From Minisyncoccota bacterium (GTDB lineage Bacteria; Patescibacteriota; Minisyncoccia; Minisyncoccales; Minisyncoccaceae), in contig JBAZLH010000004.1 of NCBI GenBank assembly GCA_041650375.1, forward strand, positions 1 through 32,000: a stretch of 32,000 bases of DNA, given 5' to 3'. Below are positions 17,107-25,842 of the stretch, in pieces. Under the pieces are notes generated by a model. It saw only the letters and a program-made list of their open reading frames with translations, was not told where the DNA came from and ran no database searches. Position 1 is the stretch's first letter. Each line of letters opens with the position of its first letter. Position numbers and translations under genes: made by a program.

Positions 17107-18168
17107 TTATATTTTATTAATATTTAATTTTATTTCTTTTATTGCCCTGCCCGCAATCGGTATTTCTTCTAAATTAATTTGGGCGATAATTTCCGGCAAT
17201 TCTTTTTGCGATACGATTTCGTTTAAGACCCTGTCCAGGTTAATAAAATTCCGGCTCGCCAAAATTATTCCCAAAAAAGCGATAAACCCGTCGCTGGTTT
17301 GGATGTATTCGGCTTCTCCCAAAGAAACTAAATTGGGCAAAGCTTTTTCCAATTCCTTGGCAATATCTTTTTCCGAATTCAAATATTTCAGGCCCAAATA
17401 ATTTTCTTTTTTTAAAACGCGGAAGACGTTTTCCGTTGCCGCAACGTTTCCGGCTTTAAGCATTCCCAAATTAAGGACTATGTCGGCGCCAACAATTTCC
17501 TCCACGATTTCCAAGTTGCCCTGTTTCACAAAATTTGACTTGGATAAATCAATCGGCGTAATTTTATTTTTTAAGCAAACATCCAAAAGCCCGGACCGAG
17601 ACGCCATGGCTTCCACAGAAAGCTCGGTAAAAGATTGGGTAGCAATTTTTATGTTTTCCAATTTTATTTTTTTGCTGAAAAGAAAAGATAAAACGCTTGT
17701 CAAAAACTCCGGTGAAGTGTTTTCCCGGAAATAAGGCTGATTGGCGGAAATTAAGGTCGGCAAAATTAAAATTTTGGAATTTTCATTTAAATCAATTCCT
17801 CCAATCAATTCCAATGCTTTTTCAATCGCGTCCGCGTAATCATATTTTATCCGCCAAATTCCGACTGCATTCCTATCTGCGTTGCTTTCAAAAACCAATT
17901 TATCGCCCTCTTTAACTTCTTCCACGGTTTTATGCGCCCACTTGTTTTTATTCTCATCTTCAACCACGCAAGCGAAATATGGGACTATTGGATGTTTGAT
18001 TGTGGGAATAAAAACCTTGGAAACAGCGATTACTTTATTTTGGCCGGAAGCCATTTTTTTTAATTCGATATTGCAAAAAGGGCACTCGCTTAACGGGTAC
18101 TGCCAAATTCTTTCGCATTTTGAACATTTATAAAAAGGCATAAGGATATAATTAATTATTTCTTTCAA
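17107..18168 (-). CDS. Fusion protein: N-terminal DUF35-type zinc ribbon plus OB fold, C-terminal DUF362-like domain
   Basis: CSKC...CPFC ribbon, then an OB-like segment (VIAVSKVFIP...YFACVVEDE...EGDKLVF). The C-terminal ~230 aa resemble DUF362 (KILILPTL....TSPEFLTSV...ADIVLNLGMLK). 17-nt overlap with the thiolase gene. Confidence 0.6.
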   Translation of the reverse strand: MKEIINYILMPFYKCSKCERIWQYPLSECPFCNIELKKMASGQNKVIAVSKVFIPTIKHPIVPYFACVVEDENKNKWAHKTVEEVKEGDKLVFESNADRNAVGIWRIKYDYADAIEKALELIGGIDLNENSKILILPTLISANQPYFRENTSPEFLTSVLSFLFSKKIKLENIKIATQSFTELSVEAMASRSGLLDVCLKNKITPIDLSKSNFVKQGNLEIVEEIVGADIVLNLGMLKAGNVAATENVFRVLKKENYLGLKYLNSEKDIAKELEKALPNLVSLGEAEYIQTSDGFIAFLGIILASRNFINLDRVLNEIVSQKELPEIIAQINLEEIPIAGRAIKEIKLNINKI

Positions 18169-19282
18169 AAATATGGACTGTAACCGAACCGCCGGCGCCG
18201 CCGATGTTGTGGGTTAGGCCGTATTTGGGCAATGGATTTGTTTGCCTTTCCGGTTCGCATCGGCCTCTCAGCTGATTGGTAATTTCGTAAATTTGCGCGA
18301 GCCCGGTTACGGAAATAGGATGGCCTTTGGCTTTCAAGCCGCCGGAAGGATTAATGGGCATTACCCCGCCTAAATTTATTTTGCCTGACTTAATCAGTTC
18401 CGCGCCTTTGCCCTCATTTGCAAAACCCAAATCCTCGTATGAAATCAATTCCACGGACGTAAAAGCGTCGTGGACTTCCGCCACGTTAATATCTGCAACC
18501 GCTATGCCGGCTTGTTTAAAAGCTTTTTGCGCCGCCAATCGGGTGGCTTTAAAATGAGTAATATCCTCCCGGCCAAAAGTTAAAATATAGTCAGTGGCAA
18601 AACCCGAACCGACAATCTTTACATCTGTTTCTTCTTGGGTAATAACAATGGCCGCTCCCCCGTTCACAGACAAAGAACAGTCCATTAAACGGAAAGGTGA
18701 AGAAACAATTGGAGAATTTTTAACTTTTTCCAAATCCACGGGTTTTTTATAAAAATAAGCTTTTGGGTTTAACGCCGCGTTAGTATGGTTTTTAAAAGCG
18801 ATTAGAGATAAGTCATCCATGCTCGCCCCGTATTTTTTCATATATTGCTGCCAAACCAAAGCGTTTTGGGTAGGAAAAAGCATCCCCTCGGTTTGCTCGG
18901 TCATTTTTTCCGCGGCTGAAAGGATCCAATCCGTGGTTGTTTCGCTTTTGTTGTCCGCGAATTTTTCCGAAGCTAAAACCAGAATATTTTTATATTGCTG
19001 CAATTGTAATGCCGTCCAAAAAGCCACTCCGCCGCCGCCGCAAACAGATGTAACCTCTATAATCGGGACATTGGTTTTAAATAAATCCGAGAGAAAAGAT
19101 ACTTTGTGCGTTTGGTGCTCCCCGCCCGCCGGGCTAGACATGCTCGCAAAAACAATCGCGTCTATGTCCGCGATTGTCATATTTCCGTCTTTTAACGCGT
19201 CCAGAGCCGCCTCGTAAGCGAATTGCCACCAAGGTTTCGTGGAATAATCAAACTTAGTCATCCCTACTCCTTTGATATACAT
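18152..19282 (-). CDS. Thiolase-like protein of the SCP-x / archaeal acetoacetyl-CoA thiolase type
   Basis: N-terminal YIKGVGMTKF, candidate nucleophile VTSVCGGGG, VHDAFT, NPSGGLKAKGHPISVTG and C-terminal NIGGAGGS. Confidence 0.85.
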   Translation of the reverse strand: MYIKGVGMTKFDYSTKPWWQFAYEAALDALKDGNMTIADIDAIVFASMSSPAGGEHQTHKVSFLSDLFKTNVPIIEVTSVCGGGGVAFWTALQLQQYKNILVLASEKFADNKSETTTDWILSAAEKMTEQTEGMLFPTQNALVWQQYMKKYGASMDDLSLIAFKNHTNAALNPKAYFYKKPVDLEKVKNSPIVSSPFRLMDCSLSVNGGAAIVITQEETDVKIVGSGFATDYILTFGREDITHFKATRLAAQKAFKQAGIAVADINVAEVHDAFTSVELISYEDLGFANEGKGAELIKSGKINLGGVMPINPSGGLKAKGHPISVTGLAQIYEITNQLRGRCEPERQTNPLPKYGLTHNIGGAGGSVTVHIFERNN

Positions 19283-19347
19283 ATATTAAAAATATTAAGC
19301 GAAGTATTTAAAAAAGCTCTTTTAATTTGTTCAGAGCCCTTACAAAT

Positions 19348-19376
19348 ATTTTACCTGGCAAAAGAGCGCCTGGCAA
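19348..19376 (-). promoter_or_regulatory. Sigma70-like promoter TTGCCA-17-TAAAAT of the thiolase operon
   Basis: -35 at 19371-19376 and -10 at 19348-19353 on the minus strand. The direct repeat CCTGGCAA x2 (19354-19361, 19369-19376) overlaps the -35 and the spacer. Confidence 0.5.
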
Positions 19377-19395
19377 GGAGTTTATCCCCATTTTT

Positions 19396-19427
19396 TATAA
19401 AAAAACATTGGACTGTTTTGTCCAATG
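19396..19427 (-). terminator. Rho-independent terminator of uppS
   Basis: CATTGGAC(19406-19413)/GTCCAATG(19420-19427) stem. The minus strand follows it with TTTTTTTAT. Confidence 0.75.
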
Positions 19428-19436
19428 CTATTTCTA

Positions 19437-20135
19437 TCAAGCACCTTTGCGGCGCTGGCGTTCAGCGTAATCCATCACGCTTTTTTCAAGCTCCTTGGGA
19501 GTAAACGCGGGAAAATAGGTTTTAGTGAAATACAGCTGAGCATAAGCCGCATCCCACATCATAAAGCCGGCCGACAAGTGCGGGTCGCCTTCCGTGCCAG
19601 TTCGAATAATCAAATCAACACCGGGCAAATCCCTGGTCCAAAGATTTTCCTTGATTGTTTTTTCATCGACTTTCTTGGATTGTTTTTGGATTGTTTTAAC
19701 GCATTCAATCATTTCATCTGTGCCGTTATAAGCCAAAAGAAAGGTTAAATGGTTTTTATCATAACCTTTTGTGCTATCTATGGATTTTTGAATAACTTGC
19801 TTAAGCTTTTCCGGGAATAATTCTCTCCATCTTCCCAAAACTTCCACTTTTACTTTATTCTTATGGATGCGTTCATCCGCAATAAGTTTTAAAAACTGCC
19901 TCTCTATAATGCCATAGATGTAATCGATTTCTTTTTTTTGCCTTTTTAAAACATTATCCAAAGAAAGCCCCCAAAAAGTAAGATAAGGTATTTTCAGTTC
20001 CAAAACTTTCTCCAATATTTTTTCAAAAGCATCGGATCCTTTCTCGTGCCCAAGCATAACTGCCACCCCGTTTTTTTTAGCCCAACGGCGGTTGCCGTCC
20101 GGAATCAGGGCGATGTGTTGAGGAAAATTTTTCAT
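19437..20135 (-). CDS. uppS: Undecaprenyl (isoprenyl) diphosphate synthase
   Basis: HIALIPDGNRRWAK, FSLDN-like WGLSLDNV and IRTGTEGDPHLSAGFMMW motifs. Confidence 0.92.
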   Translation of the reverse strand: MKNFPQHIALIPDGNRRWAKKNGVAVMLGHEKGSDAFEKILEKVLELKIPYLTFWGLSLDNVLKRQKKEIDYIYGIIERQFLKLIADERIHKNKVKVEVLGRWRELFPEKLKQVIQKSIDSTKGYDKNHLTFLLAYNGTDEMIECVKTIQKQSKKVDEKTIKENLWTRDLPGVDLIIRTGTEGDPHLSAGFMMWDAAYAQLYFTKTYFPAFTPKELEKSVMDYAERQRRKGA

Positions 20136-20136
20136 C

Positions 20137-20289
20137 TTAATTTTTTTCTATCTTTATTTCCGGCTTCGTGTCGTTTTTAGCGCTCCAATAACCTAAAGAA
20201 AAAGACAGCAATGAAACCAAAATAACCGCCAAAACCAAGGCTATTTCCGCCTGGTTTCTTTTGACAAAATCCGTTATTTTTGTTAACAT
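20137..20289 (-). CDS. Candidate 50-aa single-pass membrane protein
   Basis: ATG at 20289, hydrophobic core IALVLAVILVSLLSFSLGYW. Its stop lies 1 nt before the uppS ATG. Below the ORF-track cutoff, weak SD. Confidence 0.35.
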   Translation of the reverse strand: MLTKITDFVKRNQAEIALVLAVILVSLLSFSLGYWSAKNDTKPEIKIEKN

Positions 20290-20353
20290 TACTCTGTTAA
20301 TAATTAATAACTAACCGGTTTATATATCACCATTAAACCAGTAAAAATAGAAA

Positions 20354-20632
20354 ATGTCAAAAACTAAAGCCGCGGGGACGAGCCGTTTAGGCAGAGACTC
20401 GCAACCAAAATACTTGGGCGTAAAACTTTATGCCGGTGAAAAAGCCAAAATCGGCTCAATCATCATTAGGCAAAGAGGCAGCAAGTTTATTGCCGGCGCA
20501 AACGCCAGAAAAGGCAAAGACGACACTGTTTACGCAATAAAAGAAGGAGTTGTTTCTTTCTCCACCAAACAAAAAAAATGCTTTGACGGCTCATCCAAGA
20601 CAATCAAAGTTGTCAGCGTAAAAGCAAAGTAA
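20354..20632 (+). CDS. rpmA: 50S ribosomal protein L27
   Basis: KAAGTSRLGRDSQPKYLGVKLYAGE...IIIRQRGSKF matches the L27 signature. Confidence 0.92.
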   Translation: MSKTKAAGTSRLGRDSQPKYLGVKLYAGEKAKIGSIIIRQRGSKFIAGANARKGKDDTVYAIKEGVVSFSTKQKKCFDGSSKTIKVVSVKAK

Positions 20633-20637
20633 CTTAA

Positions 20638-20673
20638 AACACCCTGAGCTTAGTCGAAGGGTGTTTTTTGTTT
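20638..20673. terminator. Terminator between the convergent rpmA and pyrG genes
   Basis: AACACCCT(20638-20645)/AGGGTGTT(20658-20665) stem with a T-run on the plus strand and a shorter T-tract on the minus strand. Confidence 0.7.
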
Positions 20674-22297
20674 ACTTTTTATTTGCCGCCACTCTAATAA
20701 ACTCTTTAAACAAAGGGTGCGGATTAAGCGGCCGCGACTTGAATTCCGGATGGAATTGGGTGGCTGCGAAAAATGGATGGTTTTTTAATTCCACTATTTC
20801 CACCAAATCCTTTGCTGTATTAACGCCCGCGACAATTAAGCCCTTCTTTACCAATAACTCGCGGTAATCATTGTTCAACTCATAACGGTGCCTGTGCCTT
20901 TCGGCGATATTTTTGGCTTTATACGCTTTGGCGCTAATCGTGCCCGGCTTTAGTTCGCAATCCCAGGTTCCCAACCGCATCGTGGCTCCGTATTTTTTGT
21001 TTTTCATTAAATCAATCTGCTCTTTCATTAAATCAATAACCGGATTTTTGGCTTTGGCGTCAAATTCCGTGGAAGTGGCGCCTTTTATGCCGCAAACATT
21101 CCTGGCGAATTCAATGGTCGCCAACTGCATTCCCAGACAAAGGCCCAGAAATGGAATTTTATTCTTACGCAAATATTCAATAACTTTTATCTTGCCCTCA
21201 ACGCCGCGAATGCCGAATCCGCCGGGCACGATAATGCCGTCAAATGATTTTAATTTTTGGAATTCTTTCCCGTCTTTGCTTTCAAATTTTTGCGCGGACA
21301 GCCATTGGATATCCGGAGTTTTATTATTGGCCCAGCAAGCGTGTTTCACGGCCTCAATCACGGAGATATAAGAATCCATTAACGAAAATTCTCCGGTCTC
21401 AAAATATTTGCCGACAATGCCTATTTTCACAGGAGGATTATTTTTTCTGATTTTGTTTATCAATTGTTCCCATTCTTTTCCGTTTTTCTTTTTATTTCTC
21501 GCCCCAACTTTTTTTAAAATCCTGTCACCCAGGCCGTCTTTCTCAAAATTAATCGGTATGGCGTAAATAGAATCAACATCGGGCGCGGAAATAACATCTT
21601 TGGGGTCAAGATTGCAAAATACGGATATCTTCTTTTTTCGCGGAGCGTCCAAAGGCACCGAAGCCCTGCCTAAAATAAAATCCGGCTGGATTCCCGCTTC
21701 ATTTAGCAAGCGGCAAGCGGTTTGCGTTGGCTTGGTTTTCATTTCACCGATTATTTTTAAAGTCGGCAAATAAGACACCAAAAAGAATAAAACTTTCTTC
21801 GGCGTTTGAAGCTTCATCATTCTGGCGGCTTCCAAAAACAAAAGATTTTGATATTCTCCGACCGTTCCCCCAATTTCTATCAACACAAAATCCGCCCTGG
21901 TTTTAACTCCAACTTTTTTTATGCGCTCAATAACTTCATTGGGAATATCCGGGACCACTTCCACGCACTTGCCTTTAAAGTCCAAGTTTCTTTCTTTGGC
22001 AATCACGGATTGGTAAACCCTGCCAGTAGTTACGTAATTTTCCGTGGATAAATTTTCGTTTAAAAATCTTTCGTAATTGCCCACGTCTTGGTCGCATTCC
22101 GTGCCGTCATCGGTCACAAAAACCTCGCCATGCTCGGTCGGATTCATGGTACCCGCGTCAATGTTGATATATGGGTCTATTTTCAACGCAGTAACTTTAA
22201 ATCCCCTGTTTTGGAGTATTTTGCCGATGGAAGCGGTAGCCGCTCCCTTACCCACGCTGCTCATCACTCCTCCGGCCACAAAAATATAATAAGGCAT
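20672..22297 (-). CDS. pyrG: CTP synthase
   Basis: YIFVAGGVMSSVGKG N-terminus and a glutamine amidotransferase domain (GLCLGMQ, HRHRYE). The ATG at 22297 is preferred over the upstream TTG at 22315; the start is uncertain by 6 codons. Confidence 0.93.
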   Translation of the reverse strand: MPYYIFVAGGVMSSVGKGAATASIGKILQNRGFKVTALKIDPYINIDAGTMNPTEHGEVFVTDDGTECDQDVGNYERFLNENLSTENYVTTGRVYQSVIAKERNLDFKGKCVEVVPDIPNEVIERIKKVGVKTRADFVLIEIGGTVGEYQNLLFLEAARMMKLQTPKKVLFFLVSYLPTLKIIGEMKTKPTQTACRLLNEAGIQPDFILGRASVPLDAPRKKKISVFCNLDPKDVISAPDVDSIYAIPINFEKDGLGDRILKKVGARNKKKNGKEWEQLINKIRKNNPPVKIGIVGKYFETGEFSLMDSYISVIEAVKHACWANNKTPDIQWLSAQKFESKDGKEFQKLKSFDGIIVPGGFGIRGVEGKIKVIEYLRKNKIPFLGLCLGMQLATIEFARNVCGIKGATSTEFDAKAKNPVIDLMKEQIDLMKNKKYGATMRLGTWDCELKPGTISAKAYKAKNIAERHRHRYELNNDYRELLVKKGLIVAGVNTAKDLVEIVELKNHPFFAATQFHPEFKSRPLNPHPLFKEFIRVAANKK

Positions 22298-22326
22298 AGT
22301 CTTTGTATTTATCAAAAAAGAGGATG

Positions 22327-22779
22327 CTACTCCTCTTCTTTTTCAATAATTATTACTTTTATTTCCGCTTCCAAGTTGTGGTCCAAAACCACGTTAACTT
22401 CAAATTCTCCCAATTCTTTTATCGGGGACTCTATTTCAATTTGGTTTTTTGTTATTTCAAATCCCTGCGCTTTAAGGGCGTCCGCTATTTTTTGCTTAGT
22501 CACGGATTCGTAAACTTGGCCCTCCTTACCGACTTTTACCGGAATCAATATTTCCCGCCCGTCCAATTTCGCGACAATAGCTTCAAATATTTTTAAATTC
22601 TCTTCGGCTTTTTGCTCTTCCAACTTCAATTGGTTTTCCAACATTGCGGTATTTTCTTCAGTCGCCGGAACGGCTAATTTTTTGGGAATAAGAAAATTTC
22701 TGGCGTAACCGATGGATACCTCTTTTATTTCGTTCTTCTTGCCCGTGCCGTCAACGTTTTTCAATAATATTACTTTCAT
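22327..22779 (-). CDS. rplI: 50S ribosomal protein L9
   Basis: MKVILLKNV...G...[18 protein letters not shown]-terminal signature, 150 aa. Confidence 0.9.
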   Translation of the reverse strand: MKVILLKNVDGTGKKNEIKEVSIGYARNFLIPKKLAVPATEENTAMLENQLKLEEQKAEENLKIFEAIVAKLDGREILIPVKVGKEGQVYESVTKQKIADALKAQGFEITKNQIEIESPIKELGEFEVNVVLDHNLEAEIKVIIIEKEEE

Positions 22780-22796
22780 TTGACTAAATGAATTTA

Positions 22797-23996
22797 CTAT
22801 TTAATTATTTTATCCAATTGTTCTAATCCTTTCTTAAGCTGGGTGTCATTGCCTTTTTCCGAATCAGCCTGAGTTAGCGCGACTTCAATGGTCGGTTTGA
22901 TGCCAGTGCCTTGAATCAATTCCCCGCTTGGAGTAAACCATTTCGCGACAGTCACTTTTAAGGATGAACCGTCGTCCAAATCAATCACTTTCTGCACCAA
23001 GCCCTTACCGAAGGTCTTTTCCCCAATTATATCAATATGCCTGTCGTCCCTCAAGGCGCCCGATAAAATCTCGGCCGCGGACGCAGTTCCTTCGTTTACC
23101 AAGATAACCGTGGGTATATTTTCCAAAACCGCGTCACCGGTTGATTTATGGATTGTTTTTTGGTTGTTTTTATCTTGTTCCACTAAAATAATATCGTCTT
23201 TTTTCAAAAACCAACTCGCGATTTGGTCGGTTTGGTCCAATAATCCGCCCGGATTATTCCTTAAATCCAATACCATTCCGCTAACGTTTTGAGCCAGCAT
23301 TTCGTTGGCGATTTTTTTAAAATCAATAAAAACATTATCGGAAAAATGATAAATGGTCAGTACTCCGACTTTTTTGCCGGCCGGAGTTTGTTTTACAGTT
23401 AAATCAACTGAAGGCATAATTATCTCGTCGCGGATAATATCAAATGATTTCACGTCGTTATTTTTTCCCCTCAAAACATCAACTTTAACCTTTGTGCCTT
23501 TCGGCCCCTTGATGAGCCCGACAACTTCGTCAATGCTCAAATCCGAAACCGGCTTATCGTCAACTTCAAAAATAGTGTCTCCGGCTAAAATTCCAGCGCG
23601 ATCGGCCGGAGTGCCTTTAATCGGCGCGACTACTTTTATCTTGCCGTCTTTAACGTCAATTTGAACCCCGATGCCGCTGAATTTTCCGGAAATATCATCC
23701 CGAAAAGCTTTTGATTCGTCGGGCGTAAAAAATACGGTATACGGGTCGCCAATGGATTTAACCATTCCGGCAATAGCTCCGTAAGTTAATTCTTGCCTGT
23801 CTATTTTTTGCGGGTCAACATAATTATTAACGGTTGCGTCTAAAACATTTTTCATTAAACCCAAATCCATTCCTTCAAAAACCGCCTGGATGGTGGCTGA
23901 CTCTTTTTGGCTCAAATAATTACTAAAATAAAATCCGAAAAAAAATGCAATTCCGATTAGGGCCGCGCAAATAGTATTTTTTGTGATAATCTGCAT
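22797..23996 (-). CDS. S41 family C-terminal processing peptidase
   Basis: N-terminal TM helix, PDZ region, GTASAAEI (Ser) and GEKTFGKG (Lys) catalytic motifs. Start set at MQIITKN (23996). The 69-codon upstream extension covers a structured spacer. Confidence 0.88.
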   Translation of the reverse strand: MQIITKNTICAALIGIAFFFGFYFSNYLSQKESATIQAVFEGMDLGLMKNVLDATVNNYVDPQKIDRQELTYGAIAGMVKSIGDPYTVFFTPDESKAFRDDISGKFSGIGVQIDVKDGKIKVVAPIKGTPADRAGILAGDTIFEVDDKPVSDLSIDEVVGLIKGPKGTKVKVDVLRGKNNDVKSFDIIRDEIIMPSVDLTVKQTPAGKKVGVLTIYHFSDNVFIDFKKIANEMLAQNVSGMVLDLRNNPGGLLDQTDQIASWFLKKDDIILVEQDKNNQKTIHKSTGDAVLENIPTVILVNEGTASAAEILSGALRDDRHIDIIGEKTFGKGLVQKVIDLDDGSSLKVTVAKWFTPSGELIQGTGIKPTIEVALTQADSEKGNDTQLKKGLEQLDKIIK

Positions 23997-24223
23997 AAAT
24001 TTATAGGTTAAGAATACCACGAACGCTTGGCTTTTGCCAAGTATTAAAAATTCCAATTCGCGGAGAGCGAATGCCCAGTGGTCATTCCACTGAATTGACC
24101 CAGTAGGCCGAAGGTCCTCATAAGCGAAGCGAAGTGGGATTACATTAATGATTAAATATATTTTACTAAATGAGGTGGCGGATAAGTAAAATCCGACGTA
24201 CATCGATTAATACGCTTTATGTT

Positions 24224-25498
24224 TTATTCTTCCCCAATGAGATAATTCCATTTATAACCAATTATTTTTAGTTCTTTATATTCCCCGATTTTTCCTTTTG
24301 AAATTGCCACGGCGCGGCCGTCTAGGGTTCGGCCCAAATAGCCATCCTCGTTTTTTTTCACAATTAGCGCCCTTTGTTTTGTTTTTAAAAATTCCTTATT
24401 TCTTTTTAGATTATAATCCTTAAAAATATTGTTTAAAATCCTGGAACGCTCTTTCTTTATCCTGTCGGGATAATCCTTCAACGCGTAATCCGCGGTTCCT
24501 TTTCTTTTAGAAAACTTAAAAACATGCAAAACATCCGGTCGGGCTTTTTTTATCAACTCAACTGTTTTTTGGAAATCCTCCTCGGTTTCCGCGGGATGCC
24601 CAACGATAATGTCGGTTGCCAAAACTCCGCTTGGAAAAATTTTCCTGAATTTTTCCGCCAAAACAATAAAATCAGCGGCCCTATTCCCTCTTTTCATTTT
24701 TTTTAAAACCGCGTCACTACCCGATTGCGCCGGAATATGCAAAAATTTATAAAATTTATCTGATTCCATTATTTCCAATAAATCCTTAAAAATAATTTTG
24801 GCATGCGTTGGATTCATCATTCCCAGCTTTATTTTAAAATCGCCCGGAAGCGCGGCTATGCCCCCTAATAATTCCGGCAATAATAATTTACGCTGTTTTT
24901 TGTCAAAACCGAAAACCGCCAAATCCTGGGAAGTTAATTGGATTTCCTTAAACCCTGACTCTATTTTTAATTTAATTTCTTTAAGAATGTCTTTAGTTCC
25001 AAAAGAATTTAATTTTTTCCTGGCCAACTTGGTGGCGCAATAACTGCAATCCCCCAAGCACCCTTCCGCGATCGCCGTTATCGCAACAACATTTTTTGGA
25101 TCTGGCCTTGTTTGTTTTAATAGCTTGGCTTTATTGATTTCTTTTCCTTTAAGGACAACCAATTTATTTCCTTTTTGTATTTCTTTTATGGCTTTGATTA
25201 CTAAACCGACATTTTGCGCTCCCAAGACAGCATCCGCGCTCGCCTCGCACTCGGTTTGGACTACAGCCGGCAAACAACCGGTTAGAATTATTTTTTTGCC
25301 GGTTTTTTTAAATTCATTGGCTTGTTTTAAAATTTTCCTTTGAGTTTTTTCAACCACGGCGCAAGTATTTATAATTATAAAATCAGCCCCCTTTTCTTGG
25401 GACTCTTTAAAGCCGTTGGACAATAATAATGTTCTCATTATCTCCGAATCAGTCTGGTTTAGCTTGCAGCCATAAGTTATTAAGCAAAACTTATTCAT
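24224..25498 (-). CDS. Radical-SAM methylthiotransferase, MiaB/MtaB/RimO family
   Basis: N-terminal UPF0004-type YGCKLNQTDSE, radical-SAM CLGDCSYC (CxxxCxxC) and a C-terminal TRAM-like segment. Confidence 0.85.
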   Translation of the reverse strand: MNKFCLITYGCKLNQTDSEIMRTLLLSNGFKESQEKGADFIIINTCAVVEKTQRKILKQANEFKKTGKKIILTGCLPAVVQTECEASADAVLGAQNVGLVIKAIKEIQKGNKLVVLKGKEINKAKLLKQTRPDPKNVVAITAIAEGCLGDCSYCATKLARKKLNSFGTKDILKEIKLKIESGFKEIQLTSQDLAVFGFDKKQRKLLLPELLGGIAALPGDFKIKLGMMNPTHAKIIFKDLLEIMESDKFYKFLHIPAQSGSDAVLKKMKRGNRAADFIVLAEKFRKIFPSGVLATDIIVGHPAETEEDFQKTVELIKKARPDVLHVFKFSKRKGTADYALKDYPDRIKKERSRILNNIFKDYNLKRNKEFLKTKQRALIVKKNEDGYLGRTLDGRAVAISKGKIGEYKELKIIGYKWNYLIGEE

Positions 25499-25499
25499 A

Positions 25500-25573
25500 T
25501 GGAGCGAGATACCGGAATCGAACCGGCGTCTTCTGCTTGGGAAGCAGATGTTCTACCACTAGACCAATCTCGC
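25500..25573 (-). tRNA. tRNA-Gly(CCC), CCA encoded
   Basis: Hand-folded cloverleaf: 7-bp acceptor stem, anticodon loop TTCCCAA, T-loop TTCGATT, terminal TCCA. Confidence 0.92.
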
Positions 25574-25785
25574 GTATAATAAATCCTACCCTATTCCGGA
25601 TTGTTTTTCAACAAAACAAAAACCGGAAAATAAATTACCGGCGTTTTAAAAACAATGTGCAAATTAAGGTACTTTTATAGATGTGGGGTTGGAAGACCAA
25701 CAGGGGAAATGTTTCATTAACTGCCACACCTACAGAAGGTTTGGAAACTCCGACATAAGTGAAAACTCCAAACGCTTCGATTTAA

Positions 25786-25814
25786 TTTATAAGCCCAAAA
25801 TCATTTTTTGTCAA
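25786..25814 (-). promoter_or_regulatory. Sigma70-like promoter TTGACA-17-TATAAA
   Basis: -35 at 25809-25814 and -10 at 25786-25791 on the minus strand, about 200 nt upstream of tRNA-Gly. Confidence 0.5.
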
Positions 25815-25842
25815 CAAAAAACCCGCAAAGAATACTTTGGGG
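25815..25842 (-). terminator. Probable rho-independent terminator
   Basis: CCCGCAAAG/CTTTGGGG stem with one mismatch. The minus strand follows it with TTTTTTG. Confidence 0.5.

Noticed and set aside
23997-24203. 69-codon N-terminal extension of the S41 peptidase ORF
   Set aside because: The extension covers a hairpin-rich spacer and has implausible sequence. The peptidase TM helix begins right after the ATG at 23996.
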